Shown: one piece after another, positions 27,776 through 36,959 of the stretch | How the letters are laid out: every line of letters starts with the position of its first letter | Numbering within the stretch: the stretch's first letter is position 1 | DNA from: an uncultured Sandaracinus sp. | Lineage (GTDB): Bacteria > Myxococcota_A > Polyangia > Polyangiales > Houyiibacteriaceae | NCBI GenBank assembly: GCA_937982655.1 | Contig: CALJLK010000352.1 | Span: 1-60,976 of the forward strand | DNA length: 60,976 nucleotides | Reading direction: 5' to 3' | Program-made: the position numbers and the translations under genes | Notes under the pieces: generated by a model | The model's input: the letters and a program-made list of their open reading frames with translations, nothing else | The model's database searches: none | Told to the model about the DNA's origin: nothing

Positions 27776-29908
27776 TCAGAGCGCCAGACGCACGCGGCTC
27801 TCTTCGCCCGCGCGGATCGTGACGACGTGCCGACGCTCGGGCTTGCCGGGTGCGCGCAGCGTGAGCGTGTGTCGGCCCGCGGGGAGCGAGACGTTCGTGA
27901 AGGGCGTGGTGCCGAGCTTGCGGCGGCCGAGAAAGACGTCGCACCAGGGCGTGGTGGCCATCGCGAGGGTGCCGGTGCCGCGCGGCGTGACGACGGGATT
28001 GCGCGGACGCGCCTCGCGTCGAAGCACGGCGGAGAACGTGGCGACCCCACCTTCGAGCGCGAGCACGGGCGCTTCGTGCTCTTGGTATCCGTCGAGCCGC
28101 AGCGTGACCACGTGCTCGCCCGGCGCGACCCCGACGTCGAGCGGCGTGCGACCGACGCGCTCTTCGCCGACGAGCACCACCGCGCCGCTCGGCTCGCTCA
28201 CCACGCGCAGCCGCGCATCCCTCGTGCGCGCTTGAAGCAGCACGTCGACCTCCGTCGCAGCCGCGACCTCGAGCGTGCGCGACGCGACGACGCGCCCTTC
28301 GTCGAGCGCCTCCACCACGTGCGGCCCCGGCTCCACCGCGAGCCGCAGCGGCGCCGGGCCGTGCTCGATGTCGTCGATGCGCAGCGCGAGCCCGGCTGGC
28401 TCGGTGGTGATGCGCAGATGCGCTGGTCGTGTCGGGAGCCGCTCGACGACGGGTCGGTCCGGTTCCGTCGGGAGCTCGAGTGGTGGAGGCGTTGTGTCGT
28501 CGGGGGTGCGGAAGACGAGCCAGGAGAGCACCCCCGCGATTGGAACGAGGAGGAATGGAGCCCACCGCCACGCGCGACGCGAGCGCGGCGGCGGCGCGAC
28601 CGAGGGCACCTTCTGCGTGACCGCGACCGGTACGTTCGTGGACCACGGTGGTGATGCGCTCGACGACGCGCTCGACGACGCGCTCGACGACGCGCTCGAC
28701 GACGCGCTCGACGACGGCGTGAGCCCGCTCCGCGACACCGGCGAGAGCGCGCTCGACTCGCGCAGATCGCGAAATCCCGCCGCGAACGTCGGATCCACTG
28801 GCGTGTCCGAGAAGCTCGCCTCGCCGCGCGGCGGTGTTCCGTCGAGCAACGCGGTGCCGACCGACGGTGGGGCGATCGGCGCGGTGCCGGGCGGCCCGTT
28901 CGGCGTGACCACGCCCGTGAGCGGCACGGTGCCGGCTGCGCGCGGACCGCGACGATCTTCTTCGACGACGTCGGGGAAGAGCCGCCGCACGTAGCGCCCG
29001 AGCTCGAGCGTGTCCGAGGGCTCCGGTACTGCGCGCAGGAACCGTTCGAGGTCCGCGCGCAACGCGAGCGCGTCCGGGTAGCGGTCCTCACGCCGCGCCG
29101 CGAGCGCGCGTGTCGCGATCTCGCGCAGCCCCGGCGGCAACATCTGCAGCCGCTCCGGCTCGGGGATCTTCCCCGCGGCGGCGAGCGTGCGCGCGTGCAA
29201 CGGGTCCTCGTGCGGGAAGAGCGTGTCTCCGGTGAGCACCTCGAAGAGCAGGATGCCGACGTTGAAGAGATCGCTTCGTCGATCGAGCGACTCGCCGCGC
29301 GCTTGTTCCGGCGAGAGGTACGCGGACTTGCCGCGCACCATGCCGACCCGCGTGATCTCCTTGCGGCCTCGCTGCAGCTTCGCGACGCCGAAGTCCGCCA
29401 CCTTCACCGCGCCCTCGAAGCCGAGGAGCACGTTCGACGGCGTGACGTCGCGGTGCACGAGCCCGAGCGGTCGCCCGCGCGCGTCCGAAAGATCGTGCGC
29501 GTGCGCGAGCCCCTCGCAGACGTGCGAGAGGATCTTCGCCGCGTGATGCATCGGCACCGCGCCGGGCCGTCGCGCCGCCATCGCCTGCTCGCGCGCGCGC
29601 ACGATCAGCGCGCGCAGATCGACCCCTCGCACGAGCTCCATCACGAGGTACGCGGTGCCCCCGACCTCGCCGAAGTCGTACACGTGCACGACGTTCGGGT
29701 GACCGAGGCGCGCGACGATGCGCGCCTCCTCGCGGAACATCGCCATCAGCTCCGGATCTTCGGAGAGATGCGGGAGGATGCGCTTGACCACGAGATCGCG
29801 CGCGAATCCTTCGGGTCCTTCCTTACGCGCGAGGAAGATCTCGGCCATGCCGCCCTTGGCGAGGCGACGAACGAGCACGTAAGGGCCGAGCGGCACTCCA
29901 GCGGCCAC
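27776..29908 (-). CDS. Ser/Thr protein kinase with C-terminal TM segment and three PEGA domains
   Basis: Hanks kinase motifs are present: GGMAEIFLA...VVKRI, HRDVTPSNVLL, VADFGVAK and YLSPEQ. A low-complexity linker is followed by a TM segment (WAPFLLVPIAGVLSWLVF) and then PEGA-like repeats (TTEPAGLALRIDD, VSEPSGAVVLVGEERVGRTPL, PWCDVFLGRRKLGTTPF). Confidence 0.9.
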   Translation of the reverse strand: MAAGVPLGPYVLVRRLAKGGMAEIFLARKEGPEGFARDLVVKRILPHLSEDPELMAMFREEARIVARLGHPNVVHVYDFGEVGGTAYLVMELVRGVDLRALIVRAREQAMAARRPGAVPMHHAAKILSHVCEGLAHAHDLSDARGRPLGLVHRDVTPSNVLLGFEGAVKVADFGVAKLQRGRKEITRVGMVRGKSAYLSPEQARGESLDRRSDLFNVGILLFEVLTGDTLFPHEDPLHARTLAAAGKIPEPERLQMLPPGLREIATRALAARREDRYPDALALRADLERFLRAVPEPSDTLELGRYVRRLFPDVVEEDRRGPRAAGTVPLTGVVTPNGPPGTAPIAPPSVGTALLDGTPPRGEASFSDTPVDPTFAAGFRDLRESSALSPVSRSGLTPSSSASSSASSSASSSASSSASPPWSTNVPVAVTQKVPSVAPPPRSRRAWRWAPFLLVPIAGVLSWLVFRTPDDTTPPPLELPTEPDRPVVERLPTRPAHLRITTEPAGLALRIDDIEHGPAPLRLAVEPGPHVVEALDEGRVVASRTLEVAAATEVDVLLQARTRDARLRVVSEPSGAVVLVGEERVGRTPLDVGVAPGEHVVTLRLDGYQEHEAPVLALEGGVATFSAVLRREARPRNPVVTPRGTGTLAMATTPWCDVFLGRRKLGTTPFTNVSLPAGRHTLTLRAPGKPERRHVVTIRAGEESRVRLAL
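28654..28713 (-). repeat. 12-bp coding microsatellite (GCGCTCGACGAC x5) encoding (SSSA)5 in the kinase linker
   Basis: Five perfect head-to-tail copies. They are read on the minus strand as SSSASSSASSSASSSASSSA. Confidence 0.9.
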
Positions 29909-29994
29909 GGCTGGACGCTATCAGGATTGGCGCGATCCGCCGAAGGGAAGTCGCGCGCTCGAGCGCGAGTCCGTGGACGGAGGGTGGCGCGAGC

Positions 29995-30477
29995 TCAGCC
30001 GCGGGCGGCTTCGAGCACGGCGACGTCGATCTTCGCCATTTGCAGCATCGCGTCGCGCACCCGCGTGGCGGCGGCGGGGTCGGGATCCGAGAGCAGCTCC
30101 ATCAACCTCCGCGGCACGACCTGCCACGACACGCCGAAGCGATCCACGAGCCACCCGCAGCGGCTCTCCTTGCCGCCGTTCGCGGTCAGCGCGTCCCAGT
30201 AGCGATCGGTCTCCGCTTGCGAGTCGGTCCGCATCACGATCGACGCGGCGGGTGACAACACGTAGTGCGGCCCGCCGTTGAGGATCTGATACGGCACGCC
30301 GTCGAGGTGGAGCTCGATCACGAGCGCAGGCGCCTCCGGACTCGGACGAAACGCGGACGTGATGCCGCTGTTCGGCACGAGCTCGACGTAGAAGCGTGCG
30401 GCGTCTTCTCCCCCGGACTCGAACCAGAGACAGGTGCTGATGCGGCTCGTCGAGGTGGGGTGCGGTTTCGCGGTCAT
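29995..30477 (-). CDS. VOC-superfamily protein, PhnB / 3-demethylubiquinone-9 3-methyltransferase-domain type
   Basis: Start at MTAKPH, with GGAGA upstream. ISTCLWFESGGEDAARFYVELVPNSGI matches the typical N-terminus of this family, and RCGWLVDRFGVSWQV matches the typical C-terminal motif. Confidence 0.8.
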   Translation of the reverse strand: MTAKPHPTSTSRISTCLWFESGGEDAARFYVELVPNSGITSAFRPSPEAPALVIELHLDGVPYQILNGGPHYVLSPAASIVMRTDSQAETDRYWDALTANGGKESRCGWLVDRFGVSWQVVPRRLMELLSDPDPAAATRVRDAMLQMAKIDVAVLEAARG

Positions 30478-30670
30478 GATCGTCTCCGAGGGGTCGCGCG
30501 CGGCGAGCGAGGGTCGAGGCGTGGGTGTGGTCGTCGAGCCGCTCGCCGTCGACGTCTGGAGCACGCCGCACGACGTCGGGCGTGCTCCGAGGGTTCGACG
30601 AGCCGCCCCCGTCGGAATCATCGGTGACCGATTCGGAATCCGTTCGTGGCATCGCCTCCGACGCGCCCGC

Positions 30671-32692
30671 TCACGAGCTCAGCTCGTCGGGCAGATCGTC
30701 GGGCAGGTCGTCGTCCGGGTCGTCGACCCACGCCGAGAGGTGCGCGCCGTCGTTCTCGGCATGCTCGAGGAACGCCGCGTAGAACGCGTGGCTCGCGAGG
30801 GTGGCTCCGTCGCCGACCACGAGGAGGAAGCGGCGCGCGCGCGTGATCGCGACGTTCATGCGGCGTACGTCCGCGAGGAAGCCGACCTCGCCGCGATCGT
30901 TGCTGCGCACGAGGTCGACCACGACCGCTTCCTTCTCGCGACCTTGGAAGCCGTCGACCGTGCCGACTTCGAGGCCTTCGCGCCGAAGCTCGACGAGCAA
31001 ACCGCGCAGCACGCGCGCTTGCGCTTCGTAGGGTGTGATCACCGCGATGTCTCTCGGCATCACGCCGCGCCGCACGAGGCGCTTCACCTCCGCCGCGACG
31101 CGCTCCGCTTGGCCGGGGTTGCGCGTGCTCGGGTCGTCGTCGCTGCGCTCCTCTTCCCAGCCACGGCCCGCCGCGTCGACGAAGAGCCACGGCGCATCGC
31201 GCGTGGGGTCGGGACGCACACCGAGGTCTTCGAGGCGATGCGTGGCGACCTCGGGTGCGGCGACCAATCGACCTTCGTAGAAGCGCTCCGACGGGAAGCG
31301 CATGATCGCCTCGTGCATGCGGTGCTGCACGAGCAGCATTCGGCCGAGCGCGCCGCGGCCGGAGTCGTCGGCTGACCCCGGCGACTCGTCGGCTCCGTCG
31401 GTCGAGTCTCCGTCGAGCAAGCGCTCGAAGAACGTGGTGCCGAGCCCTTCGCGCGCGACGCTCGGCTCGATCACGGTCGGCGGGAGCTGACGCGGATCGC
31501 CGGCGAGCACCGCGATCGGCGCGCGGCGCAGGGCCGCGAGCGCGAGCGGATCGAGGGCCTGGGTGGCCTCGTCGAGCACCACACGATCGAAACGCTCGGA
31601 GTCGAGCCGATGCTCGGCCGCGCCCGCGAGGGTCGCGCAGACCACCCGCGCGCGCTCGAACACTCGTTTCTCGGCGCCGCGGAGGTGACCGCGCGCGTCC
31701 TTGAGGAGCCGCCACGCTTCGTTCTGCATCGCGCGGCGCTCGTCGCGATCGAGCGCGCTCCGTCGCGCGGCCTTTCGTCGAAGCTGCGCGGCCTCGCGGC
31801 TCCATTGCCGCGCGAGCGTATGCTCTTCGCTCGCGTCGACCTGCGCGTCGAGGGTCACCGACTCGAGCGCCTCCGCGACACGCGCGGGATGGCCCATGCG
31901 CACGAGCGGCACCGACGCCGCGACGAGGCGCTCGGCGAGGTTGTCGACCGCGGTGTGGCTCGCCGCGCACACGAGCACACGCTCGCCACGCGCGACCGCC
32001 TGCCGCACGATCTCGGCGAGCGTGCGCGTCTTGCCGGTGCCGGGCGGACCGTGCACGAGCGACACCACGCGCCCGCCGAACGCGAGCTCGACCGCTTCGC
32101 GCTGCGGGGCGTTCAACCCTTCGTCGAACCAGGTCTCGATCCGGTGCACGCGCGCCCGGCTCACGCGCGCCGTCTCGCCCGCGAGCAACACGTCGCGCAG
32201 CTCGGACAGCTCGCTCTTGGCGTCGACGTCCTTCCAGCGCCGCAGCGCGCGGTCGCCGACGTCGAAGGTCGCCTCCGGCGCCTCGAGATCGAGGCGAAAG
32301 CTCCCCTCGAAGAGTCGATCGGGCACGTCGGCGTCGACCACGAGCGTGAGCTGCGCACCGGGCCGCCGCGCGATCACCGCGCGAACGCTCGAGTCCGGCT
32401 TGGGCTCGTCCCACCACAACAACACCGGCGCGCCGGGCCGGAGCGCGAGGTCGTCCGGGTCGACCCCCTTCGGATAGCTCACGATCAGGCGCGTGCGATC
32501 GCCGGGCGCGGCTTCGGTGTCCTCGACCTCGAGCCCATCGAGCGCCGTGCCTCGCGCGACGCGCTCCGCGAAGGTTCGGCGCGTGCGCTCCTCCGCGAAA
32601 CGCGCGCGGTGGGCCTGACGCTCACGTGCCCAGAGCGTGCGCAGGCGCTCGAGCGCCTCGCCCGCGCGCTCGGCCGGCGATCGCGGGATCAT
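30671..32692 (-). CDS. Superfamily-1 helicase, Upf1/IGHMBP2 (DNA2/NAM7)-like
   Basis: Walker A is GPPGTGKT, motif II is VVLDEATQA. Further motifs are LAGDPRQLPPTV, VDGFQGREKE and NVAITRARR. Confidence 0.9.
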   Translation of the reverse strand: MIPRSPAERAGEALERLRTLWARERQAHRARFAEERTRRTFAERVARGTALDGLEVEDTEAAPGDRTRLIVSYPKGVDPDDLALRPGAPVLLWWDEPKPDSSVRAVIARRPGAQLTLVVDADVPDRLFEGSFRLDLEAPEATFDVGDRALRRWKDVDAKSELSELRDVLLAGETARVSRARVHRIETWFDEGLNAPQREAVELAFGGRVVSLVHGPPGTGKTRTLAEIVRQAVARGERVLVCAASHTAVDNLAERLVAASVPLVRMGHPARVAEALESVTLDAQVDASEEHTLARQWSREAAQLRRKAARRSALDRDERRAMQNEAWRLLKDARGHLRGAEKRVFERARVVCATLAGAAEHRLDSERFDRVVLDEATQALDPLALAALRRAPIAVLAGDPRQLPPTVIEPSVAREGLGTTFFERLLDGDSTDGADESPGSADDSGRGALGRMLLVQHRMHEAIMRFPSERFYEGRLVAAPEVATHRLEDLGVRPDPTRDAPWLFVDAAGRGWEEERSDDDPSTRNPGQAERVAAEVKRLVRRGVMPRDIAVITPYEAQARVLRGLLVELRREGLEVGTVDGFQGREKEAVVVDLVRSNDRGEVGFLADVRRMNVAITRARRFLLVVGDGATLASHAFYAAFLEHAENDGAHLSAWVDDPDDDLPDDLPDELSS

Positions 32693-32699
32693 CGCGCGA

Positions 32700-33359
32700 T
32701 CATCCGCCGCCGAGGATCTCGGGCGGGAAGAGCGGCGAGTCGTCGGGCGGCGATTCGACCGGACCAGGCGACGACCCGAGCGGATCGGGTCGATCGGGGC
32801 GACGCCACGGATCGCGCGGATCGCGGAGCCAGGTCGCGAGGGCTTCAGAGGTGAGCCCGGTGCGGTTCGAGATCGGTTCGAGCGTCGTCTGCGCCACGCG
32901 CCGCGCCATTCCGTCGAGCACGACGAGGGTGCTGATGCGATCGACGCGGTAACGATCGAGCAGATCGCGGTGCCGATCGCGGCGCCCGATGTTCACGTGC
33001 ACGACCTCGTAGCCTTCGCTCACCACGTCGCGCGCAGGCGATTCGGTGAGGAGCTTCGCGACCTGCCGACAATCCGGGCACCACTCGGCGCCGAAGACCA
33101 CCAGCAGCTTGCCATCTCTCTCACGCGCGGCGGCGAGCGCGCGTTGCAGCTCCACGCGCAGCTCGTGATCGTCGCGGAGCTGGTAGATGCGGCCGTACTC
33201 GCTGTCGGCGGGGGGCGCGCGCTCGGGGGTCGGCGGCGGGCTCTCGGTCATGGCGGTCGGGGGCGGCTCGGGATCCGCGCGCGGCTCGGGCTCGGGCGAC
33301 GAGGGCTCTCCCCCACACGCGAGCAACAACACGAACGACGAGCGCAGTCGAAACGACAT
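32700..33359 (-). CDS. Thioredoxin-fold lipoprotein (WCPDC active site)
   Basis: Internal ATG gives MSFRLRSSFVLLLAC (lipobox). A Pro-rich linker is followed by LLVVFGAEWCPDCRQV. The stop lies 7 nt before the helicase start. Confidence 0.8.
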   Translation of the reverse strand: MSFRLRSSFVLLLACGGEPSSPEPEPRADPEPPPTAMTESPPPTPERAPPADSEYGRIYQLRDDHELRVELQRALAAARERDGKLLVVFGAEWCPDCRQVAKLLTESPARDVVSEGYEVVHVNIGRRDRHRDLLDRYRVDRISTLVVLDGMARRVAQTTLEPISNRTGLTSEALATWLRDPRDPWRRPDRPDPLGSSPGPVESPPDDSPLFPPEILGGG

Positions 33360-33546
33360 CGCGGCGCAGGGTAGCAGATGGTTCGGTCGCGCCCGGAACG
33401 AGGACGTGGCTTCGCTGACCCTCGTGGGCGAGTCGTCGTGATCGTCGGCAACGTTCACGATCGTGGTCGTGGTCGTCGTTCTCGTGGTCGGCGACTTGAA
33501 CGGTGAGGCGTGTGCGAGGAGCTCGGCTTCGTCGTTCACGTCGCAG

Positions 33547-33648
33547 TCGCCGTTCTCGTCGCCGTTCTCGTCGCCGTTCTCGTCGCCGTTCTCGTCGACG
33601 TTCTCGTCGACGTTCTCGTCGACGTTCTCGTCGACGTTCTCATCGACG
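33547..33648. repeat. 12-bp tandem repeat, about 8.5 copies in two subtypes
   Basis: TCGCCGTTCTCG x4 is followed directly by TCGACGTTCTCG x4 and a partial unit. The array is intergenic, lying between the infA stop and the thioredoxin-lipoprotein start. Confidence 0.9.
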
Positions 33649-33679
33649 TGAGCTTCGACGATCGGCACTTCCGAAGGGC

Positions 33680-33736
33680 GTGCCGACGGAGCACGAGCGC
33701 CCGGCTGTTCGTGCCGACGGAGCACGAGCGCCCGGC
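33680..33736. repeat. Tandem duplication with a 31-bp period
   Basis: GTGCCGACGGAGCACGAGCGCCCGGC occurs at 33680-33705 and again at 33711-33736. Confidence 0.85.
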
Positions 33737-33777
33737 CCACGTTCGTGGGTCGGGCGAGGAGTCGGAAACCGAATCTC

Positions 33778-33796
33778 GCGCTCCAGTACGGAGCGC
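33778..33796 (-). terminator. Hairpin immediately after the infA stop
   Basis: On the minus strand, GCGCTCC-GTACT-GGAGCGC forms a 7-bp stem starting 6 nt after the stop. There is no U-tract. Confidence 0.4.
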
Positions 33797-33801
33797 CGCG
33801 C

Positions 33802-34101
33802 TCACTTCGCGCGGTAGATGATCATGCCGTGCGTGAGGTCGTAGGGAGAGAGCGCCACCGTGACGCGGTCCCCGAGGATCACGCGGATGCGGAACTTGCG
33901 CATCCGACCGCAGAGCTGCGCGCGAACCTTCGTCCCCGCGTCGGTCTCGATCTCGAACTGGCCACCCGCGAACACGTTCGTGATGGTGCCGTCGAGCTTG
34001 ATGTGATCGTCCCGGCTGTCGTCTTCCGGATCCTCGAACTCTTGCCTTCCGCGGCGTCCACGGCCTCCGCCGCCTCCGCCTCCTCGTCGTTTCGTCGCCA
34101 A
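33802..34101 (-). CDS. infA: Translation initiation factor IF-1 with a roughly 27-aa N-terminal Gly/Arg-then-acidic extension
   Basis: The S1-like core is KLDGTITNVFAGGQFEIETDAGTKVRAQLCGRMRKFRIRVILGDRVTVALSPYDLTHGMIIYR. The TTG start has GAGGAG 8-13 nt upstream, and there is no in-frame start codon nearer the core. Confidence 0.9.
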   Translation of the reverse strand: MATKRRGGGGGGGRGRRGRQEFEDPEDDSRDDHIKLDGTITNVFAGGQFEIETDAGTKVRAQLCGRMRKFRIRVILGDRVTVALSPYDLTHGMIIYRAK

Positions 34102-34296
34102 GCTGTGCTCCTCTGTTCGTGCGTGCCGTCGAGCGCGCGCGCTCGGGGGTGGGGTTTGGACGGCGGAAGGTAGATCCCGCTACGTCCGGCGCCACCCCGG
34201 CGGCGGCGGGATAGCAGAAAAGCCCCCGAGGTCAGCCGAAAATCGGTCCGCCTCCCCGGAGCGAAGTGGTGACGTGGCCGACGTCGACTTCCGCGT

Positions 34297-35223
34297 TCAG
34301 CGCCCGAGCCTCACGCGCAGCTCGCGTGGGATGCGCCCGAGCCGGTGGTAGAACGGCGTCTTGGAGCCTTCGTGCTTGGGCGCGTACGCGTCGACGACGT
34401 AAGGCACGTACATGGTGCGCCGGAGGCTGCGCCAACCGACGTGCGGAGATCGTTCGACGCGATGCCACGTGCGGCCGTCGTGGACCGTGAGATCGCCGGG
34501 CTCGGTCTCGACGGCGATCTCGTCGCGATCGGGGCGGTGATCGACGAAGTAGGGCTTGCGCGCGAGCATCGAGAGGAACCCCTGCCGATGACTGCCCGGC
34601 AGGATGCGCAGGCCGCCGTCGGCCTTCGTCACGCGATCGAAGTGCAGGCCGACGTTGAGCATGGGACCCGGAACCGCGCGGTTGAGGAAGAGATCGCGAA
34701 GGCCGTCGGTGTGCCAGCCGAGGCGCGGGTACGCGCTGCCGGGGACGTTGAGGTTGCGGTTGAAGACGAGCCCGTCTTTCTCGCGATCGCCGACCCTCAC
34801 GTCGCGACCCACGAGGCTGCGGATGGGGGCGAACCGCGAATCGCGGACGAGCGCGTGCAGGTACGGCGAGAAGAGCGACGTGAAGGCGAAGCGCTGGATG
34901 TAGGGCTTGCCGTCGGGATCGCGGCCGACGAAGAGTGGGATGCCGTGGACCTCGCGGCGGTCCTCGGCGATCCATCGCGTCTGGAGTGCGTCGATCTCCG
35001 CCAGGACCTCCGCGACCTCGTTCGGGATCAGCACCGCGCCGAAGACGAGGAAGCCGTGCTCGTCGAGGAAGGCGCGTTGCACGGGGGTGACGGCTTCACC
35101 GAGCACGAAGCGTGTGGAGAGCGGGAGGCGGCGCGCTTGCTGGCGGTCAGCCTCGGTCACGACCGGAGGGGGCGGGGACGGGAGCACTTCGGGAATCGAA
35201 GCCGCGGCGTGCATCGCCGACAT
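34297..35223 (-). CDS. Phytanoyl-CoA dioxygenase (PhyH) family Fe(II)/2-oxoglutarate oxygenase
   Basis: The GWHTDG (HxD) motif, RILPGSHRQG, and the distal His in TVHDGRTWHRV fit the PhyH facial-triad layout. Confidence 0.8.
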   Translation of the reverse strand: MSAMHAAASIPEVLPSPPPPVVTEADRQQARRLPLSTRFVLGEAVTPVQRAFLDEHGFLVFGAVLIPNEVAEVLAEIDALQTRWIAEDRREVHGIPLFVGRDPDGKPYIQRFAFTSLFSPYLHALVRDSRFAPIRSLVGRDVRVGDREKDGLVFNRNLNVPGSAYPRLGWHTDGLRDLFLNRAVPGPMLNVGLHFDRVTKADGGLRILPGSHRQGFLSMLARKPYFVDHRPDRDEIAVETEPGDLTVHDGRTWHRVERSPHVGWRSLRRTMYVPYVVDAYAPKHEGSKTPFYHRLGRIPRELRVRLGR

Positions 35224-35383
35224 TGTGAACCAGGCTCACAACATCGCCAACGACCCGCGTCGCCCACGAGCCGCGAGCCGCGAGCCGCGTCGGCGCGGAC
35301 GTTCCCCGTTGCACACCGCGTCGTCGAGCGACCTCCAGCACGCCGCAACCCCGCCGCGCCGAGGAGCCACGAGGCCGCATCGC

Positions 35384-36865
35384 TCAGAGCGCCGCTTCGA
35401 TGCGATCGCAGAACGTCTCCAGCACCTTCAAACGCGCGCTGCGTTTGTCGTTCGCGGGCACGAGCGTCCACGGCGCGACCTCGGTGCTCGTGCGCTCGAA
35501 CATCTCGTGCGTCGCCAGCTCGTACGCGGGCCACTTCGCGCGATTGCGCCAGTCCTCTTCGGTGATCTTGAAGCGTTTGAACCCGGTTGCCGCTCGCTCG
35601 TCGAAGCGCCGTTTCTGTTCGCCCGGATCGATGTGGAGCCAGAGCTTGATCACGATCGATCCGTGGCGGACGAGCTGCTCCTCGAAGTCGTTGATCTCGC
35701 GGTACGCGCGTTGCCAATCGCTCGGACGCGCGAAGCCTTCCACACGCTCGACGAGCACGCGGCCGTACCAACTGCGATCGAAGATCGTGACCTGTCCGTG
35801 GTGCGGCACGTGGCGCCAGAAGCGCCAGAGATAGGGCTGCGCGCGCTCCTCGTCGGTGGGCGCCGCGATCGGGACCACTCGGTAGAAGCGAGCGTCGAGC
35901 GCGCCGGTGACGCGCCGGATCGAGCCCCCCTTCCCCGCTGCGTCGACGCCCTCGAAGACCGCAGTGATCGAGCGCTCACGAAACGCTTTCTTGCGGGTCA
36001 GCCGCGCGAGACGGCCGCTCAGCTCTTCGAGACGCTTCTCGTAATCCTCTTCGTCGACCTTTCCGCTCAGATCGAGGCTCTCCAGCAGCGTTCGCTCGCC
36101 CGTCTCGCGTTTGGCCTCGACCTTCTCGGGCACGAAGGGCTCCGTGCGCGCCGGCGCGTCGAGGTGGGAGCGCAGCGTCTGGAGCACGAGGCGCCCGGCC
36201 GCGAGCGAGCGGTAGCGCGTGTCGTAGCCCTCGATCACGTGCCACGGCGCCTCTGCGATGCTCGTGCGGCGCAGCGCGCGCTCGCAGATCGGGCGGAAGG
36301 TGTCGTAGCCGCGGTGGTTCTCCCAATCCTGCTTGGTCACGCGCCAGCTCGTGGCGCGGTCCGACGCGAGCTCCTCGAAACGTTTCTTCTGCTGCTTCTT
36401 CGAGAGGTGGAACCAGAGCTTGAGCAGCGCGACGTTCTCACGCGCGAGCATGCGCTCGAAGCGCACGAGCTCGTCCATCGCCTGATCGAGATCGGCCTCG
36501 CTGGTCTGCCCCCACGCGCGCTGGAGGATGGGCATCGTGTACCAGGAGCCGAAGAAGATTCCGATCTTCCCCTTGGGCGGCAGGTCGCGCCAATAGCGCC
36601 ACAGCGGCGGGCGCGCGCGCTCTTCGTCGGTGTACTCGCGCGACGCGTGGCTCTGCACGTGCCGTGGATCGAGCCACGAGCTCAGCAAGTTCACCGTCTC
36701 GCCCTTGCCCGCGCCATCGACGCCGTTGACGAGGATCACGAGCGAGAAGTCGCGCTTCTCCAGCAGATCGAGCTGCGCGTCGAGGAGCGACTCGCGCAGC
36801 GCGGGCACCTCGTCCGCGTACGTCTTCTTGTCGACCTTCCGACCGAGCTCCGCCGCTTCGAACAT
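35384..36865 (-). CDS. Two-domain polyphosphate kinase 2 (polyphosphate:AMP phosphotransferase type)
   Basis: Two PPK2 modules, each with a Walker-A-like loop (VNGVDGAGKGETV and FEGVDAAGKGGSI). The 493-aa length is typical of PAP-class PPK2. Confidence 0.9.
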   Translation of the reverse strand: MFEAAELGRKVDKKTYADEVPALRESLLDAQLDLLEKRDFSLVILVNGVDGAGKGETVNLLSSWLDPRHVQSHASREYTDEERARPPLWRYWRDLPPKGKIGIFFGSWYTMPILQRAWGQTSEADLDQAMDELVRFERMLARENVALLKLWFHLSKKQQKKRFEELASDRATSWRVTKQDWENHRGYDTFRPICERALRRTSIAEAPWHVIEGYDTRYRSLAAGRLVLQTLRSHLDAPARTEPFVPEKVEAKRETGERTLLESLDLSGKVDEEDYEKRLEELSGRLARLTRKKAFRERSITAVFEGVDAAGKGGSIRRVTGALDARFYRVVPIAAPTDEERAQPYLWRFWRHVPHHGQVTIFDRSWYGRVLVERVEGFARPSDWQRAYREINDFEEQLVRHGSIVIKLWLHIDPGEQKRRFDERAATGFKRFKITEEDWRNRAKWPAYELATHEMFERTSTEVAPWTLVPANDKRSARLKVLETFCDRIEAAL

Positions 36866-36959
36866 GGCCTCCTCCTTCTTCGCGACCCCGATTCCCTCGC
36901 GCGATCACCGACGCTTCGTCGTTCTTCCGTGCCCGATCACCGCCCGCTCGTTTCCGCGC

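Noticed and set aside
33463-33817. ORFs encoding SPFSSPFSS..., RRSRRRSRRRS... or VAVLVAVLV... repeats, and the N-terminal (VDEN)n(GDEN)n extension of ORF 32700-33740.
   Set aside because: All are read-throughs of the 12-bp minisatellite in different frames. The thioredoxin gene has a clean lipobox start at 33359, downstream of the array.
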